A stretch of 64,000 nt of DNA. Origin: the human T2T-CHM13v2.0 reference genome, Homo sapiens. The translations under genes and the position numbers were made by a program. Shown here in pieces: positions 17,342 to 33,465 of this stretch. Below the pieces are notes generated by a model, which saw only the letters and a list, made by a program, of their open reading frames with translations, was not told the DNA's origin and made no database searches. The DNA lies in assembly GCF_009914755.1 (NCBI RefSeq), contig NC_060933.1. One strand, given 5' to 3'. Position 1 is the first letter of the stretch; every line of letters begins with the position of its first letter.

Positions 17342-18379
17342 AGCTCCAGTTTTTTATCTACTACTTTATATTAGTTCCCTCAAATGAACGCTGTTGACAA
17401 ACAAAGAAAATGATTCGTAGGGGTTGAGTGGGCTAGAAACATTACAGGAGTGATTTAATGAAGTCTTAAATTTGTATGTGTTAAGAGAAAAAAAGGCTTC
17501 TATATTTTACAACTCCAGAAGGCATCATTCTCATACTCTTACCTGAGTGACACTAGGAGGAAGATGACATGTGGAGCCCATGAAACCTGACAGCTTCCAA
17601 AATACTCCGTTTATGGAGCTGCCTGGGCGTATGGTACTCATGTCAGTGTACCACGTCCTCCTCTCTCACCTTACACTGGGCACAATGACATGCTACAAAG
17701 CCAACAAGGAGCACAGGACTCAGGTTGTCCTTTTGTTTAAAAATACTGTACTCCTGCTTTAATCAACGGTTGTTAGAAGAAACAGTCATTTTTTTATTTC
17801 TTTTTTTTTTTAACCACAAAGCTTTCTTGCAAAATGAAACAGTAATATGAAGACCATCTCTACATTTTCTGTTGAATTGTCCATTATGTAATGTCTGTTT
17901 CATAAGCACCCACACAATAATTTAGTGTCAGGAAAAAAAGTCTCTCCTCTTACAAGCTGGTTTGCTTCCTTTCAACAAACAATGAGATTATATAACCCTT
18001 TGTTTCCCACATTTTTGTCTTGCCTTCCAGGAAGTACAAAGATAAATTTCATGCTTAATTAAAATAATAATGTTTGCCAAAGTTTCTGGTTTATTTATTT
18101 TCACATCCTATTTTAATAAGTTTATTGAACATGTCTTTTATTGTAAGTGCTTTCACATCCTTTTCTAAAGTAGGAAAAATATAAATTATGAATAGAATAA
18201 GGATATCCCCCCCTGCTTCCCACATAAAACCTATTCTCTGTCCCAGTGAATGGCTAGAAATCCAAAAGTCAACCCAGGGTCTTCCCTTTCCTTTAGTTAA
18301 CAATCTACTTTTACCTATTCAACCACCTTAATGAGTATTTTGTGCACTCTTCCTGCTCTTTACAGCCCTATTACACTGA

Positions 18380-19680
18380 CTTGGCCTAGCTGGTTTTACC
18401 ACAAAAGCTTCCCTATTAATCTCCCTGCCTTCAGTCTCAACCTTCTCTCAGGCTGTCCTCATTCGTTCACTTCCTCCACACCATCAGAAAGACTTCTATC
18501 TAACATAAAAGATCTGTGAAATGTTCTTGTTTTGAAAAAACAAAACAAAACAAAATAACACAAAACAATATGTCTTTCATCTGGCTCAAAATTTCTCAAT
18601 GACTCCTAGTATGGAATAATAGTTGAAATCATCCACATAACATACAGGACCGTGTATGATCTTGTCCACCCCTCTACATTTACTTGGTTTTATCGCAATC
18701 ACTCTCCTCCTGCTGATGACCTGCTCCTCCCTCAGAGTTCCTCATCTCAGTAGATGGCACCACCATTTGCCTAGCTGTTCATATCCCAAATCTTGGAGTT
18801 ATCCCTGGCTCTTCTATCACATCCAAACCATCAGCCAATCCTATCAGCTCCACCCTGGCAATATATTGAAACAAAGCCACCTTTCACCACCTCAAATGCT
18901 ATGGTCTAGTCTAAGTCACCATCATCTATCACCTGGACCACTGTGACAACCTCCTAACTGGTTTCTCTGAATTCATCCTCACACCCCCTAAAATGTATTT
19001 TCTATACAGGAGCCACCAGTTACCCTTTTAAAAATACAAATGAGAACATGTCACTGCCCAGCACAAAATCTCCCACTAATCCCTCATTCCACTTAGAACA
19101 TAGTCCAAAATTCCCCCAAGTATCCACATAGCTCAGGCCTTCATTCCATTGCAGTCTCTGCTGTAATGTTCCTTCCTTAGCAGGTCTTCCTAATTCCCTA
19201 TCCCAGGAGTTCTCAACTGGGGGCCATTTTTACCCCTCACGGGACATTTGGCAATGTCTAGAGCTATTTCTGGTTGTCCCATGGAAGGAGAGGGGACCTT
19301 CCAGCATCTAGTAGGTAGAAGCTAGTGATGCTGATAAACATCCTACAATGTACAGGTCAACCTCCCACAACAGAGAAGTATCCAACCCAAGATGTCAGTA
19401 GCACCAAAGTTAAAAAACCCTGCCCTCTCTAAAACAGCACCTTCATTGTTCTCCTAACTCTTACCTTGCTTTTTTTTTTTTTACATGGTAACGATCACCA
19501 CCTGACATTACATATATATTCATTTATGATCTGTCTCCCTCAGCAGAATGCAAGGCCCAAGATGGCAGATTTTGGACTGATTTGTCCATGCCTATCTCCC
19601 TATGGCCTAAAAGAATGCCTGGTATATCACCAGCATTCAGTGAATATTTATTGAAAAAATTAATGGATAAATGATACTTC
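18380..19680 (+). mobile_element. L2 fragments (split by MER20)
   Basis: CCTCCTAACTGGTTTCTC; TGCCTGGTATATCACCAGCATTCAGTGAATATTTATTGAA. Confidence 0.6.
19203..19423. mobile_element. MER20 (hAT-Charlie)
   Basis: CAGGAGTTCTCAAC..GGGACATTTGGCAATGTCT..AAACATCCTACAATG..AAAAACCCTG. Confidence 0.8.
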
Positions 19681-20146
19681 AACAAAGCTGCAGTCCTCAA
19701 AACACTCTAGGTTCTCAAAGGCTTCTGTGCTACCATCTATAGAGAACTGTGAACCATCATGAAGTTTGAAGTCACTATGATTTGTTTGCTGTAGAATACT
19801 AATGGATACTAATGCTTATTTCCATTTCCTATGTCATGGAAAGTAGACTAATATGTTCTTAGAGAATAGAGGCCACAGCTCCCACTTCTCTATCTCTCTC
19901 ACATCTCAATGGCTGATGAGGATGGCCGATCACTAACTCTGACCAGTGAAGGAGTCCTATGTTTCAGATTTAGGACTTGATCCAAGCGAAGTGCAGTATT
20001 CACGGAAGCTAATCCAGGCCTTTAATGTTTGAGGCAGACATAATCAAAGAGCTGTATATCTTTATTCCAAATAAATCAATAATTTTTCATCATAACCAAA
20101 GCAATAAAAGTGGTATGAATAGTCTTCAAAATCAATATCCACCTAC

Positions 20147-20336
20147 CTGCTTGTTTAGCTTCAATACAAGCAATATTTATTTCTTCTTTCAAATCCCAGT
20201 TTTCATTGGCTATAGCTTCTCCTACTTTAACAAATCTTCCAACTGCCAAGTTGACAGCTTGTCCTACACGCTGAATTGCTTGCAGAGTTTTATCAGACTT
20301 TTTGGTATTATCTTTATGATTAATAAGCGTGGTGAT
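20147..20336 (-). CDS. CTNNAL1: Alpha-catulin exon 2 (ITTLINHKDN...IEAKQA, 190 nt)
   Basis: Manual translation; AG acceptor at 20337-8, GT donor at 20145-6; phase 0 to 1 fits the neighbouring exons; absent from the ORF track. Confidence 0.96.
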
Positions 20337-21960
20337 CTAAAAATAAAAGATAAAAGCAACTTTTATCTCAATACCTTTTTTTTTTTAAGCTGTATCACAA
20401 AGTCAAAGAAAATGAAGCCTGGCATACTGTATAGCTCAATAGACTAAATCAATAGTTAGAGATGCTTCAACAGAGACAACCAGCAAAGTATCCTGCATCA
20501 TTCCTTAAGACAATGTTTCCATTAATTACAACTCCAAGTTCACCTGAGGGCAGTTATCTGGGGCATGCAGTTTATCTGGGGCATACAGTTCCAGAGGCCC
20601 TCCAGATCTTTCAACAAATCTTAAGGAGAAAAGTAGAAGCGGATAGATCATTACATTCAGAAAGCCAAAGTACTTCAGGTCTAGTTTCCTCTACTACGAC
20701 TTCAGATGCTATGAGAGTAGAAACAGCTCTTCTTCCTCTCCATTCCACTCCGTTGCCTACCATGGAGCACAGGCTGTACAAAATAGTACTTGTGCCATAC
20801 ATGTTTACCAAATTAACTAGATACTTTAGAATGAGCATTGTAATCTATATTTCACATTTTGCTAAGTTTTGTTGCATCCGACTCAAAATAAATGAAATAC
20901 CGAGAGTTTTAACACTTGATCCCAGGCCCTGAAATAAAATACAAAAGGTGACAACTTCAGCTCACTGAAACAAACATAATTCTTCAAAATATCTTAGGGA
21001 ACTAGTACATGAACTATGCTGACATCTAAGAATATTTATTAAAGAAATGTTGTATGAAAAACATAGATTCCCAACTATTGCTCAATGTACATGTACTAGT
21101 ATTAAAAGAAGGGGAAGAGAATTACAAGAAGGGGAAGAGAATCACTTCTACTCTTTGTACAACTACTATGTGCCAAGCACTTTATATGTATGTTTAGGTA
21201 TTAATAATTTAGAATTAATAGACCTAGGTTTAAGTCTTGGCTCGGCGATTACTTGCTAAGTGGTCTAGGGAAATTTAATATCTAAATTTCCTCAACTACA
21301 ATATTGCTTTTCATCAAATTTTGAATATCTACTATATGCCAGTTCCTAAGGATGTATCAGTGAATGAGACTAAGACAATCCCACCACCATTAGGTTTACA
21401 GTATGGTAGAATAGCAATAATTCAGTTACACAAAATATATTTGTTGCACACTATCATATCCCAAATAAAATTCTAGGCAAACCTGAAATAACAATCAACA
21501 AGAAAGAAAAGCCCACGTTCCCATGGGGCTTACATTCTAGTGAAGGAGTGGGGGAGAACTAATAATCACATAAATAGGTAAACAAAAAATAAACTTTAAT
21601 ATAACTGTTATGTACAAAATGTTAGGATAGTGTGATATAAAGTATCTGTGTAGCTACCTGAAATTGACTGGTCTTCCTTCTAAGACGAAGCGATATTTAA
21701 GCTGAGATCTAAATGATAGCAAAGTAGTCAGACCAGCAAACATCAAAGGATAAAGAGCATTCTAGGAGAAGAAACAGTGGAGGAAAAAAAAAAAAAAAGC
21801 CCTTAGGAATGAGCCTCTCCTGTTCAAGGAATGAGGTGAAGTCGGAAGTGGCTAAAGGATAGTGGGTCGGGGGCAAGTTAAAACCAATATCCAAGAGATG
21901 GGATGGGCAGGGATCAGCGTGGAATAAAGGGTTCTGGAATTGGAATGAAGAATTTATATT

Positions 21961-22285
<325 letters not shown>

Positions 22286-22303
22286 TTATTCTATGTATTA
22301 CAG

Positions 22304-22466
22304 GAAGATACTTAAGGGTCTTTAAACTAGAAAATACTATAATCTCTGTAGTAATTTGAAGCCATTGAAGGGTTTTTTAAACAGGAAAGTGATATAATCT
22401 CCGCAGTGGTTTGAAATCACTGAAGGTTTTTTAAGCAGGAAAGTGATATAATCTCTGTAGTGGTTT
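22304..22466. repeat. ~54-bp tandem repeat x3
   Basis: Units begin at 22304, 22358 and 22413 (GAAG..TGAAGG.TTTTTAA.CAGGAAAGTGATATAATCTCTGTAGTGGTTT). Confidence 0.85.
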
Positions 22467-23159
22467 TAAAACATGTCCACAAATTCTCCCCTCAAGAGGG
22501 AGAGCCTCATTTCTCTCCACATGAGTGTGGACTGGACTTGGTGACTCACTTCTAATAAATGGAATAAAGTGAAAATAATGGAGTGCTTCTAAGAGTAGGT
22601 CATAGAACACATAGTGACTTTCATCTTACTCACTCACTCACTCTCTGCAGGATCAATCACAGTGGGAGCAAGCCAACTGCCACATAATGGAAGGCACTCA
22701 AGCAACCCTATGGAGAGTCCCACAAGGTAACTGAAGGTTCTGGCCAAAAGATAGTGAAGAACTGAGGCTTCATGTCAACAGCTGAGTGAGTGAACTTGAG
22801 AGCAGATTCTCCAGCCCCAGTCAAGCCTTTGGATTACTGCAGGCTTGGTCAATCATCTTTATTTTGATTTTATGAGAGACCTCACTCCTGAACCACCAGG
22901 TAAGCCACTCTAGAATTAACCCACAGAAACCATAAGATAATGTTTGTTGTTTTAATGCACTAAATTTCAGTTAAATTGTTCTGCATCAATAGATAACTAA
23001 TACAGATTTTGGTGCCTGGATCTGGGGTGAGGCTGTAACAAAACTTAAAATGTGAGAGTGGCTGTAAAATCGGGCAGTGAAAATTGAAAGAACTTCGAGC
23101 GAATAAAAACTAGAAACGTCAAAGAAACTTTGCAAAAGCATGATGACCTTTGAGGAAGC

Positions 23160-23490
23160 TGTCTTAGTTAGGGCTCCTATAACAAAATACCTTAAACTGA
23201 GTAATTTATAAATAACAGAAATGTCCTGCTTACAGTTCTGGAGGCTGGGAAGTCCAGGATCAAGGCACCAACAGATTTGGTGTCTACTAAGGACCCATTC
23301 CTCACAAGTGGTGTCTTCTGTGTCCTCACAAGGCTCCCTGAAGCCTCTTTTATAAGAACACTGATCCCATTCATGAAGGCTCCCTTGTGACCTAATCACC
23401 TCCCAAAGGCCCCAACTCTTAATACCATCATTATGAGGATTAAGTTCCAACATATAAATTTTGGGGGAATGCCAACAATCAGGCCATAGC
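23160..23490 (-). mobile_element. MLT1A-type solo LTR nested in the MaLR internal region
   Basis: TGTCTTAGTT..GCTCCTATAACAAAATACC..TTCTGGAGGCTGGGAAGTCC..CCTAATCACCTCCCAAAGGCCC. Confidence 0.75.
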
Positions 23491-23782
23491 AGAAGCGACG
23501 GGTAAAAGCTTAAGGAAAAGTGAGAAAAATCTTACCGGAAACTGGAGAAAAGGGGTTCCTTGTTATGTGGTGACAGAAAGTCACCCTCATTAACATGAAA
23601 GGGAGAATATATACCGATGAACTGGGAGATCTAACTAAGGAGACGTCAAAGCAGATTTTGAAGGTGCTACCTGGTTTCTTTTTGCTGCTTACAGTAAAAT
23701 GTAAGAGAAGAGAAAAATTAAAAGAAACACGGATAAATAAAAACAAGCCAGAACTTGCTGGTTTTAAAAATTCCTTCTCCAT

Positions 23783-24083
<301 letters not shown>

Positions 24084-25585
24084 ATCTTCTCCAGATGGCA
24101 CATCATACTAAAATTAACAATGGCTTCCAGGCAAAAATAAAATCTAGGGCTGTGTCAAGAAAGCATCTAAAGATGAAGCTAAGGGTACGACTATAAAATC
24201 TTAAGATCTCAGAAAGGTCCAAGGTGTTGCTTCAGACAACCATTCAGGTAAACAACAGATCTCCCAAGAAGCCTAAAGATATTATTGCTCAGCAGTCCCA
24301 GGAGAAGCCCAAGTTAAAGAAGAGCATATATCAAAGAGACTTGTGGGTGTGGGCTTTTGTCTAGTAGAATGAATTCAATATGACTCACAGGAGACCAACA
24401 AAATTTTTAAGATAATCGTATTGGCAGAAACACTATCAGCTTGGACTAAAAGGGAATACATCTTTGTATGAAAAGAAGCTTTCATACCAGCCCCTGCTCC
24501 AAACTTCCATAAGCAGGGAACAGGCTGAGAAATCTATGCAGCTGCAAACATGAGCTACAATTCATGTAAAATAATGACTTAGAGGGCAGAATCAAGAGCC
24601 ATGAACTATTCCCAGGACTTGAGTCTTAATCAAGGAACTGGCAACATTTGCCCAGGAGGAGTTCAGAATACCATAAACCAGTGGCTCCTATTTTTTTTCC
24701 ATTTTTGAACAGGACTGTATAGCAGTTATTCTATACTTTCTATTTTCTCATTTTTTGAACAGAAGAGTCTATAGTAGTCATCCTAAAGCTGAAAGACGTT
24801 ACACTTAAGGAACTACTACATACAAGAAGTCTCTCCTGGATCATATTTGTAATAGATGCCAACATCATGGATTTCCAGCTGATGTTGTGACTTTGGAGAG
24901 GATATGGATGGGAAGAGGTTACTTGCAGGTGAGAATAAGGTAAACAATTTGTGTGCAGAGGTTAGACTGTAGGTAGTTCTAAAATATGTCCACAAATTAT
25001 TTGCTATTCCTCCCTTAAATAGGTGAAGTCTCATTCCCCTCTCCTTGAGTACAGGCTGAACTTAGCTACTTATTTCTAACTAATAGAATAAAACAGTAGT
25101 GACAGTATGCTACTTTTGAGGGCAAGTCATAAAGTCACTGTGGTTTTCATCTTTCTTTCTCTCTGTTCACCCTAGGGAAAGACAATTCCCATGTCATGAA
25201 GACACTTCACCGGCCAAGTGGGAAGGCTCACATCATGAGCCTAAGGAAACTGATGCTAAAAGGTGCTTATTTAAGGTCACACAGCTAATAAGTGCTAGAG
25301 TTAGGATTCAGAGTCAGACATTTCAATTCTAGAGACCGTACTCCTAAACATTACCCTATAATGTCGTACAACAATCCAGTGAAATAGGTTAATATTAATC
25401 ATCCTCATTTCCCCAAATTGGAAAATGGGGGTAATAATCATCCCTATTTTACAAATGAAGAAGTTGGACATCAAGAAGTATGGGAGAGTTAGGATTTAAA
25501 TCCAGATATTCTGACTGCAGAGACTAGCCTCTTAGCCACTTAGCCATATTGCCTTCTCTGACTTATAATGTTAGTAAGAAGAGTT

Positions 25586-25963
<378 letters not shown>

Positions 25964-26427
25964 TCAAAGACATACTATAATTAGCTATCTTACTTAATCC
26001 TCAGGTATTATTAAAGATTAAAAAACTGAGGCTGAGTAAAATTGCATACTTGGCTCATACAACTAATAAGTAGCCTAGTTTAGAATTTGAACCCAGGTTT
26101 AAACTGACACCAAATCCCACCTAATAGTCCTTCTTTTACTGGAGGTTTACAATCTTTCCTATTTTTTTTAATTGAAATGTTACCTAAAAGCTCATTACAT
26201 AATCATGTGAAAGAGTCACGATAATTTTAATTTGGAGAATGACTGTGGGCCATGCTGCTGGGAAGCACAGAACAAATCCTACTGGCACCAGCTTAATCCT
26301 TTTCCACACCTGACAGACTCTAGGGAATTGTTACTATCACATGAAAAAAAAAAGAGAACTTGCTCAGCATTGACTATTCCAAGCTACCATCTTGGAAGAG
26401 ACTGCAGTGGAAAGGAGTTTAAGTTCT

Positions 26428-26803
26428 TGCTATAGATTGAATGTTTGTGTCCCATTCCCCCTCCCACTCCCCCTCCACAAATCCTTATGTTAAAATCCTA
26501 ACCCCCAATGTGATGGTATTAGGAGGTGGGGCCTTTGGGAGACGATTAGTTCATGGGGGAGGAGCTCTCATGAATGGGATTAATGCCTTTTAAAAGAGGC
26601 CTCAGAAAGCTCTCTCACTCATTTCCACCCTGAGAGAACAGTGAGAAGACAGCTGTCCATGAACCAGAATGTGGACCCTCACTGGATACTGAATCTGCCT
26701 GAACCCTGATCCTAGACTACCCAGCCTACATAACTGTGAGGCATAAATTTCTGTTGTTTAAGGCACCCAGTCTATTTTTTATAGCAATCCGAACAGATTA
26801 AGG
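26428..26803 (+). mobile_element. MLT1A-type LTR
   Basis: TGCTATAGATTGAATGTTTGTGTCCC...CCCCAATGTGATGGTATTAGGAGGTGGGGCC. Confidence 0.8.
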
Positions 26804-27983
26804 TGATTCTGTTTATTAAATATTTCATTTACATAAAGTTTTAAAATTTCAATTACAAAGAAAAGATCCTGCAATTAAGCCAAAATATGAACTATTGTTC
26901 CGTTCCAAAAGACACATTTTGCTTTCACTAGAAGCGCCTTCCCCAGTGCATAATTAGGTGTGGCTGCCTTCCTTTCACTGGAAAGCAGTCTAGGAAATGT
27001 TCAATCCAAATATAGTATGCCTTTAAAATTTTATTTAGAGGAACTAAGTCAATATGTAACATTCTTTATTTAAGGTCTACTTATATTCTAAAATTAGTTT
27101 CAAATGTTTTAAAAGGTAGGTTCAAAAGTTATACATGTTTATTGTTTATAAACAGAAATGGAAAATATAGGAGAGCCTCAAGAAATAAAAATTACCCATA
27201 ATCCTACTAACCTCTGAGAATTCTGGCATAATTCTTTCCAGTCTTGTTTTGTACATATAGATACTTAAATACACAGTTTTACAAAATTGAGATTAAACTT
27301 CACTTTCCTTATCATATAAAAAATAAGACTAGCTAACATTTGTTAAGCACAACAGTACCAGGCACTAGCCTATGTGTTTTACATGTATCAATTCTTTTAA
27401 TGCTTGCTTCTCCAGCATCTAATAGGTACATACTATTATTACCCTAATTTTACAGATACAAAATCTGAAATTTGAAGAAGTTAAGTATTTGCCCGAGATC
27501 ACAAAGCCAGGGGAGCTACCTACACTCTTAATCACTACACCGTCTCTCTTACCTTCCAGGATTATGTTAAGGATCAAGGAAAAGACAACTAGCAAGAGTG
27601 CTTTGTAAATCATAATATGCCAAATACAATCTTAACTATAGTTCTGCAAAAATAGGAATGATATTAAATTGAGAGTCATAACTTGGAGTTGCCCTGACAC
27701 CAGAGTCTAGAGAACACCTAAATGAACCAGAGAAGAGGGCAGAAAAGGCATCCCTTGGGGAAGAAAGAAGATCTGGTGTACTAAAGAACTCTGCTGTGGA
27801 ATAAAAGAATAAGAATTAGGGTTTACTTGATAGCTTCTAACAAAGGGTGTCAAGAAGTGCAAAACACCAAAGAATATCCCAGCAGTTAAGGGCATGGACA
27901 TCATTCTGCCTGGTTTTGAATTCTGGCTCTGCCATGTGACCATGTGGCAAGCTATCTGACCTTTCTGTGACTCTGTGTTCTCA

Positions 27984-28351
<368 letters not shown>

Positions 28352-29228
28352 TCACATACACAAATCAGCAAAGAGCAGAGAGGGCGCCTTATCTACTCTC
28401 TTCATCGACAACATAACTGCAACAAGAATCCTGAAAAGCTTCCAGAACAATGCAGAGAGTAATGGGAAAATGAGGTAGGCTACCTTAGAAATTTAAGGGG
28501 TCTGTACAAATAGTGAATAAAGGAAATCTATCATAGACAGGAAAAGACTAGTGGGCAGTAGAATAATATTCCACACCAGGGTGGAGTTCTGTGGCAGATA
28601 TCCTTCTTCCCTTCCTTGGATAAAAGCATTATAAGACTTGGAGTGGGAGTTCTGACAGGAAGAATAAAGTGATTATTAAAGGAGGTGGGGAGGTACTCTA
28701 CATAAAATATGCTTGGTTCTTAGCCCAGGGCTTTTCAAGAAAATGTCTGAATTATAAAATATAAAACATATGAGTATATATAACATATATGTGTGGAGTT
28801 TAAAGAAATGAAAGAAAGACCTGTGCAGCCACCACCAAGCTTAAGAGAACAATGTCAGTATCTCTGACAGCCCATGTACTATCTGGCTACTCCTTGTCCA
28901 TATCACTCTCTTGTCCCAAAAGAAACCATTGTCCCAATTTTGTGTTCACCACTCCTTTATTATAACTATTGTACATACAGTATACCCTAAATGATATCTG
29001 GTTTAGTTTTATCTGGTATTGAACCTTTATTTTTTTTCACTCAACATTATGTTTTTGAGATTCATCCCCATTGATAATTATAGCTGTGGTTTATTCATTT
29101 CAGTGACAGAGTATATCATTATATGAACATAGCACAATTTATGTAAACATACTACTGTTAAAAGACATTTGGGAAGTTTCCAGTTTTGGGCCATCAGAAG
29201 TAAAAATGCTATCCACATTCCAATCCAT

Positions 29229-29527
<299 letters not shown>

Positions 29528-29953
29528 CAATCCACTTTTCTAATAGGTGTGTAGGAGTTTCTCTAGGGGTACTGACTTAGGAGTGGAATTGCTGGGCCAC
29601 AGGTAATGCCCACCTTCAATTATAATAGATTACAACAAACCATTTTCAAAATGGTTGTAACACGGATATTGCTACCATCTCCACGTTCCTCACCAACACT
29701 TATTCTCACTGTGGATTTTTTAGCTTGTAGTTCATTGAGTTCTAATGAAGTTGAATATCTTTTCCTATATCTTTTAGCTGTTTCCTCTTCTGTGAAATTA
29801 TTTTTTGACCAATTTTTAATGGCTAATCTTTTTATTTTTTATTCATTGGAGTATTTTATTTATTCTAGGTACTACAAATCATTTGTTGGTTATTTGTGTT
29901 GGAATCATATTCTCCCACTTAATGACTTACGTTTTCCTTTTGATGAACAGAGG

Positions 29954-30272
29954 TTCTTTTTTTTTTTTTTTTTTTTTTTTTTGAGACAGGGTCTCATTCT
30001 GTCACTCTGTCACCCAGGCTGAGTGAAGTGTTGTGATCACAGCTCACAGCAGGCTTAACCTCCCCAGCTCAAGCAATCCTCCCACCTCAGCCTCTAGAGT
30101 ACCTGGGACCACAGGTGCATGCCATCACACCCGACTAATTTTTTGTATTTTTTGTAGAGACGGGGTTTCACCATGTTGCCCAGGCTGGTCTCAAAATCCT
30201 GGACTCAAATGATCTACCTACCTCAGCCTCCCAAAGAGCTGGGACTACAGGTGTGAGCCACTGCGCCTGGCC
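29954..30272 (-). mobile_element. AluJ
   Basis: TSD AGGTTCTT. Confidence 0.92.
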
Positions 30273-31099
30273 TAGGTTCTTCATTTTAAAGAAGTCGAAT
30301 TTATCCATTTTTTTCTTAAGGTTTATACTTGTGGTATACTAACAAATCCTTTCCCAGCATAAGGTAATGAAGATACTGCCCTATTTTTTTTTTCTAAAAG
30401 TGTTGTGAGCTTTTACTTTCATATTGTCTTTAATCCATCTGAAGTTGACTTTTTACTGGTATGAGACAGAGATCCAATTTCATAATTTCTATTTAGATAT
30501 CCAATTGTCCCAGCTTAATTTTTTTTAAGTTCTTCCTTTCCCCACTGACCAGCAATGCCAATTGTCATTTACCGAGTTTCCATATATGTGTGGATCTGTT
30601 CTAGGGTTTTCTATTCTGTATCACAGGTCTATGTTTTTCAACCCTGTTCTGATACCCACATTGTCTTAATTACTATAGTTTTATAATGAGTCTTGAAATC
30701 TGGCAGAGCAAGTCCATCCACCTTGTTTCTCTTCTGCCTAATCTTGGCCCTTTGTGCTTTCATATAAACTTCAGAATTACTTTTATCAAGTTCTACTGAA
30801 AAATCTTGCTGAAATTTTCATGGAAATTGCATTAAATTGACCAATAGGGATAACTGATATGTCTATAATATGTCAACCTAGGCTTGAACACAGTACTTTT
30901 CTCCCATTTATTTAGATCCATGTTGGCTTTTGATAAAATTTTTAAATTTTCTCCATGAAGTTTGACCACTTTTGCTGTGTATACATAGAGATAGAGCTCT
31001 TTCTCTTTATATACATAGCAAAAGCAACATATTCTTAGGAAGCTCATATTTTGCTGTTACTGTTAATATAACTGGATTTTTTTAATAATTACTTTTTCT

Positions 31100-31280
31100 A
31101 TTTTTTTTTATTATTTTTTAAAGACAGGGTCCTTGTTGGCCAGTCTGGAGCACAGTGGCGTGATCACAGCTAACTGCAGCCCTCAGCTGCTGGGCTCAAG
31201 CCATCCTCCCATTTTTTAGCCTCCTGAATAGCTGAGACTAGAGTAGCTGGGATTACAGGCACCAGCCAGTGCGCCTGTGC
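31100..31280 (-). mobile_element. Alu monomer / AluJ fragment
   Basis: Right-arm-like sequence only. Confidence 0.75.
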
Positions 31281-33465
31281 CTTGTTTGTTATCAATGTAG
31301 AAAAATGCAATTGATTTTAGTATCCTACACTCAGTGAACTTGCCAACACTCCTAATTTTTATAATTTACTTGTAGACTGTTTTGAGTTTTCTGCATAGGT
31401 TATTATATCACACTGAGACTTTTGGTTTTTCCTTTCCTATATTTATTCCTTTTATTTCTTCTCCTTGTCATATTACACTGGCTAGAATTTCCAGTGCAGT
31501 GCTGAGTAGAAGCATAGCAGGCACCCCACTCTGGTTTCTGGCTTTAAAGGAAATGTTTATTTTAAATTTGACTGTTGCTATGATGTTAAGTAAAAGTTTT
31601 CTGTAGATACTCTATCAGGTTAAGGACACTTTTTCCTAACACTAGTTCCCTAAGTGCTTCTTATCATTATTAGAAGCTGAATTTAGTTGAATGCTTTTTC
31701 TGCATCATTGTTATGAAAATACATCTTTTATAATCTGTGAATGCAAAAAAAACTATACACATTTTTCTAATATTGATAAAATCTTGCATTCTTAGAATAA
31801 GGCCAGTAACCCAGGACTTTTCACTTGGAGAGTCAGAAGAAGCTAGATGATACCAGAATAGAAACTGTCTACTTTAAACCGTATAGTGCCAGTCCTACTT
31901 GTTTACCTCAAAACCCTGCCTCCTCCATGACATCACTGCTGACTCATCCATGCCTTCTCTGAGCTTTTAGAGTATGTACCATTGATGATGTTCATTTGAC
32001 ACTTTGCATGTGCTGTTCTATACATGACCTATCTACCAACTAGAATATAAGCCCCTCAAAAAACAGCAACAAATAAGCACACAATAAATCCTTGCTTAAA
32101 ATGCTTAAAATATCCTTGTGGATGAGATGGTGAAACATGAGTTGGGTAATAATACAGCATTCTCAGAAAATGAGACTTGTGGACATATGAGTTTTCTGGA
32201 GAACTGCTGTTTTAATCTCCTAACACTGAAACTTTAAAATCATTCTAAATTGTACTTCCCTGCTTTGTTAACCGAGTATTCTGGCCATGCTTAATACACT
32301 TCTTGATTTTAACTTTTTCTTGTTAAGGACAGTCAATTATGAGGAATATCAGTTATGGTGTTGTGGTAGAGATGTAGCTGTAGATACACAATGTGTGGGA
32401 TGCAAAACCTCAGCTGTGACCCTGAACAAGGCTTTAACTGGAAAAAGAAAAAAAAAAAAGGCAGGCATTCTTCCCCTTTGGCATTGACCTCTAACTCTCA
32501 GCAGTGATTTATACTTTTCTTCCTCTGCTCTCCTACCCTTCTCTGGCTTCTTTTACCCCAGAGTTACACAATGCAGAGCTGTAAGACTGATACATTTTTA
32601 GCAGTGGATACTGTGAAAAGTTGCCATTTCTCCAGATTATGACTTTCTAGCTTGTTTTTCCACTATGTACCATCTTTTTCTCTAGATCTCATTACTGCTT
32701 CTAATCTCTAGAGAGGACACAGCATAGTGTAGCAAAGAGAACCTTCTGGAGCCAGGGTACCTGGATTCAAATCCCAGTTTGGCACTTATTGAAAGCCCTA
32801 ACGACAAATTATTTAACCTCACTATTCCTCAGTTTCCTCTCCCATACCACGAGAATATATACCAACTTCACATGATTGTTATGAGAATTAATGAGTTAAT
32901 ATTTACAAAGTGCTTAGAACCTGGCCTACCACATAGTAAGCATTACATAGGTGTTATTTAAAAAATGGATAAAATACTATCAACTTGAACTCCATCACTC
33001 TCTTATCTCTCTGCCTCTTAAAACTGCTCCAGTGTTTCTCGTTTTGGTTGTGTTGTGCTAGTGGAGATAGGCGAGGAGCGGAGGGTCTGACATTACTGAG
33101 GGATCCCAGTGCCCCTTCCCACTGGTCAGAGCCTCAATGAGACACAGGAAAAGGGAAGGAGAGTGTCAGATATATTCATCACTGCTCTGTTAGCCATGCG
33201 AAGGTGAAGAAAATAGGGATGTTTATTTAACCAGCATAACAGGAATCCAGGGACATGGGTAACTGCTGTTTTCAAATATGCGCAGGGCTGGGCAGGAGAA
33301 GAGATAATAGCATTTAGAATTCTATGCAACAGCTACAGGCTCCCCTTCACTGAACATGTTTAAGCAGGGTACTGGTGGCCAGGTGTCAAGGATGCTAAAG
33401 AAAGAATTTTTAGTCAGATAATCTTTAAGAATTCTTCTACCTCTAAAATCTTGGTAATCCTAGTA

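Noticed and set aside
20000-20022. CGGAAGCTAA 5S rRNA-like fragment
   Set aside because: Only ~10 nt of similarity; flanks do not match 5S.
20025-20932. Plus-strand ORFs of 140 and 156 aa
   Set aside because: The first is the antisense shadow of exon 2; the second has no recognisable homology or gene structure.
22304-22466. CRISPR-like array
   Set aside because: Head-to-tail diverged units without unique spacers, in eukaryotic DNA with no cas genes.
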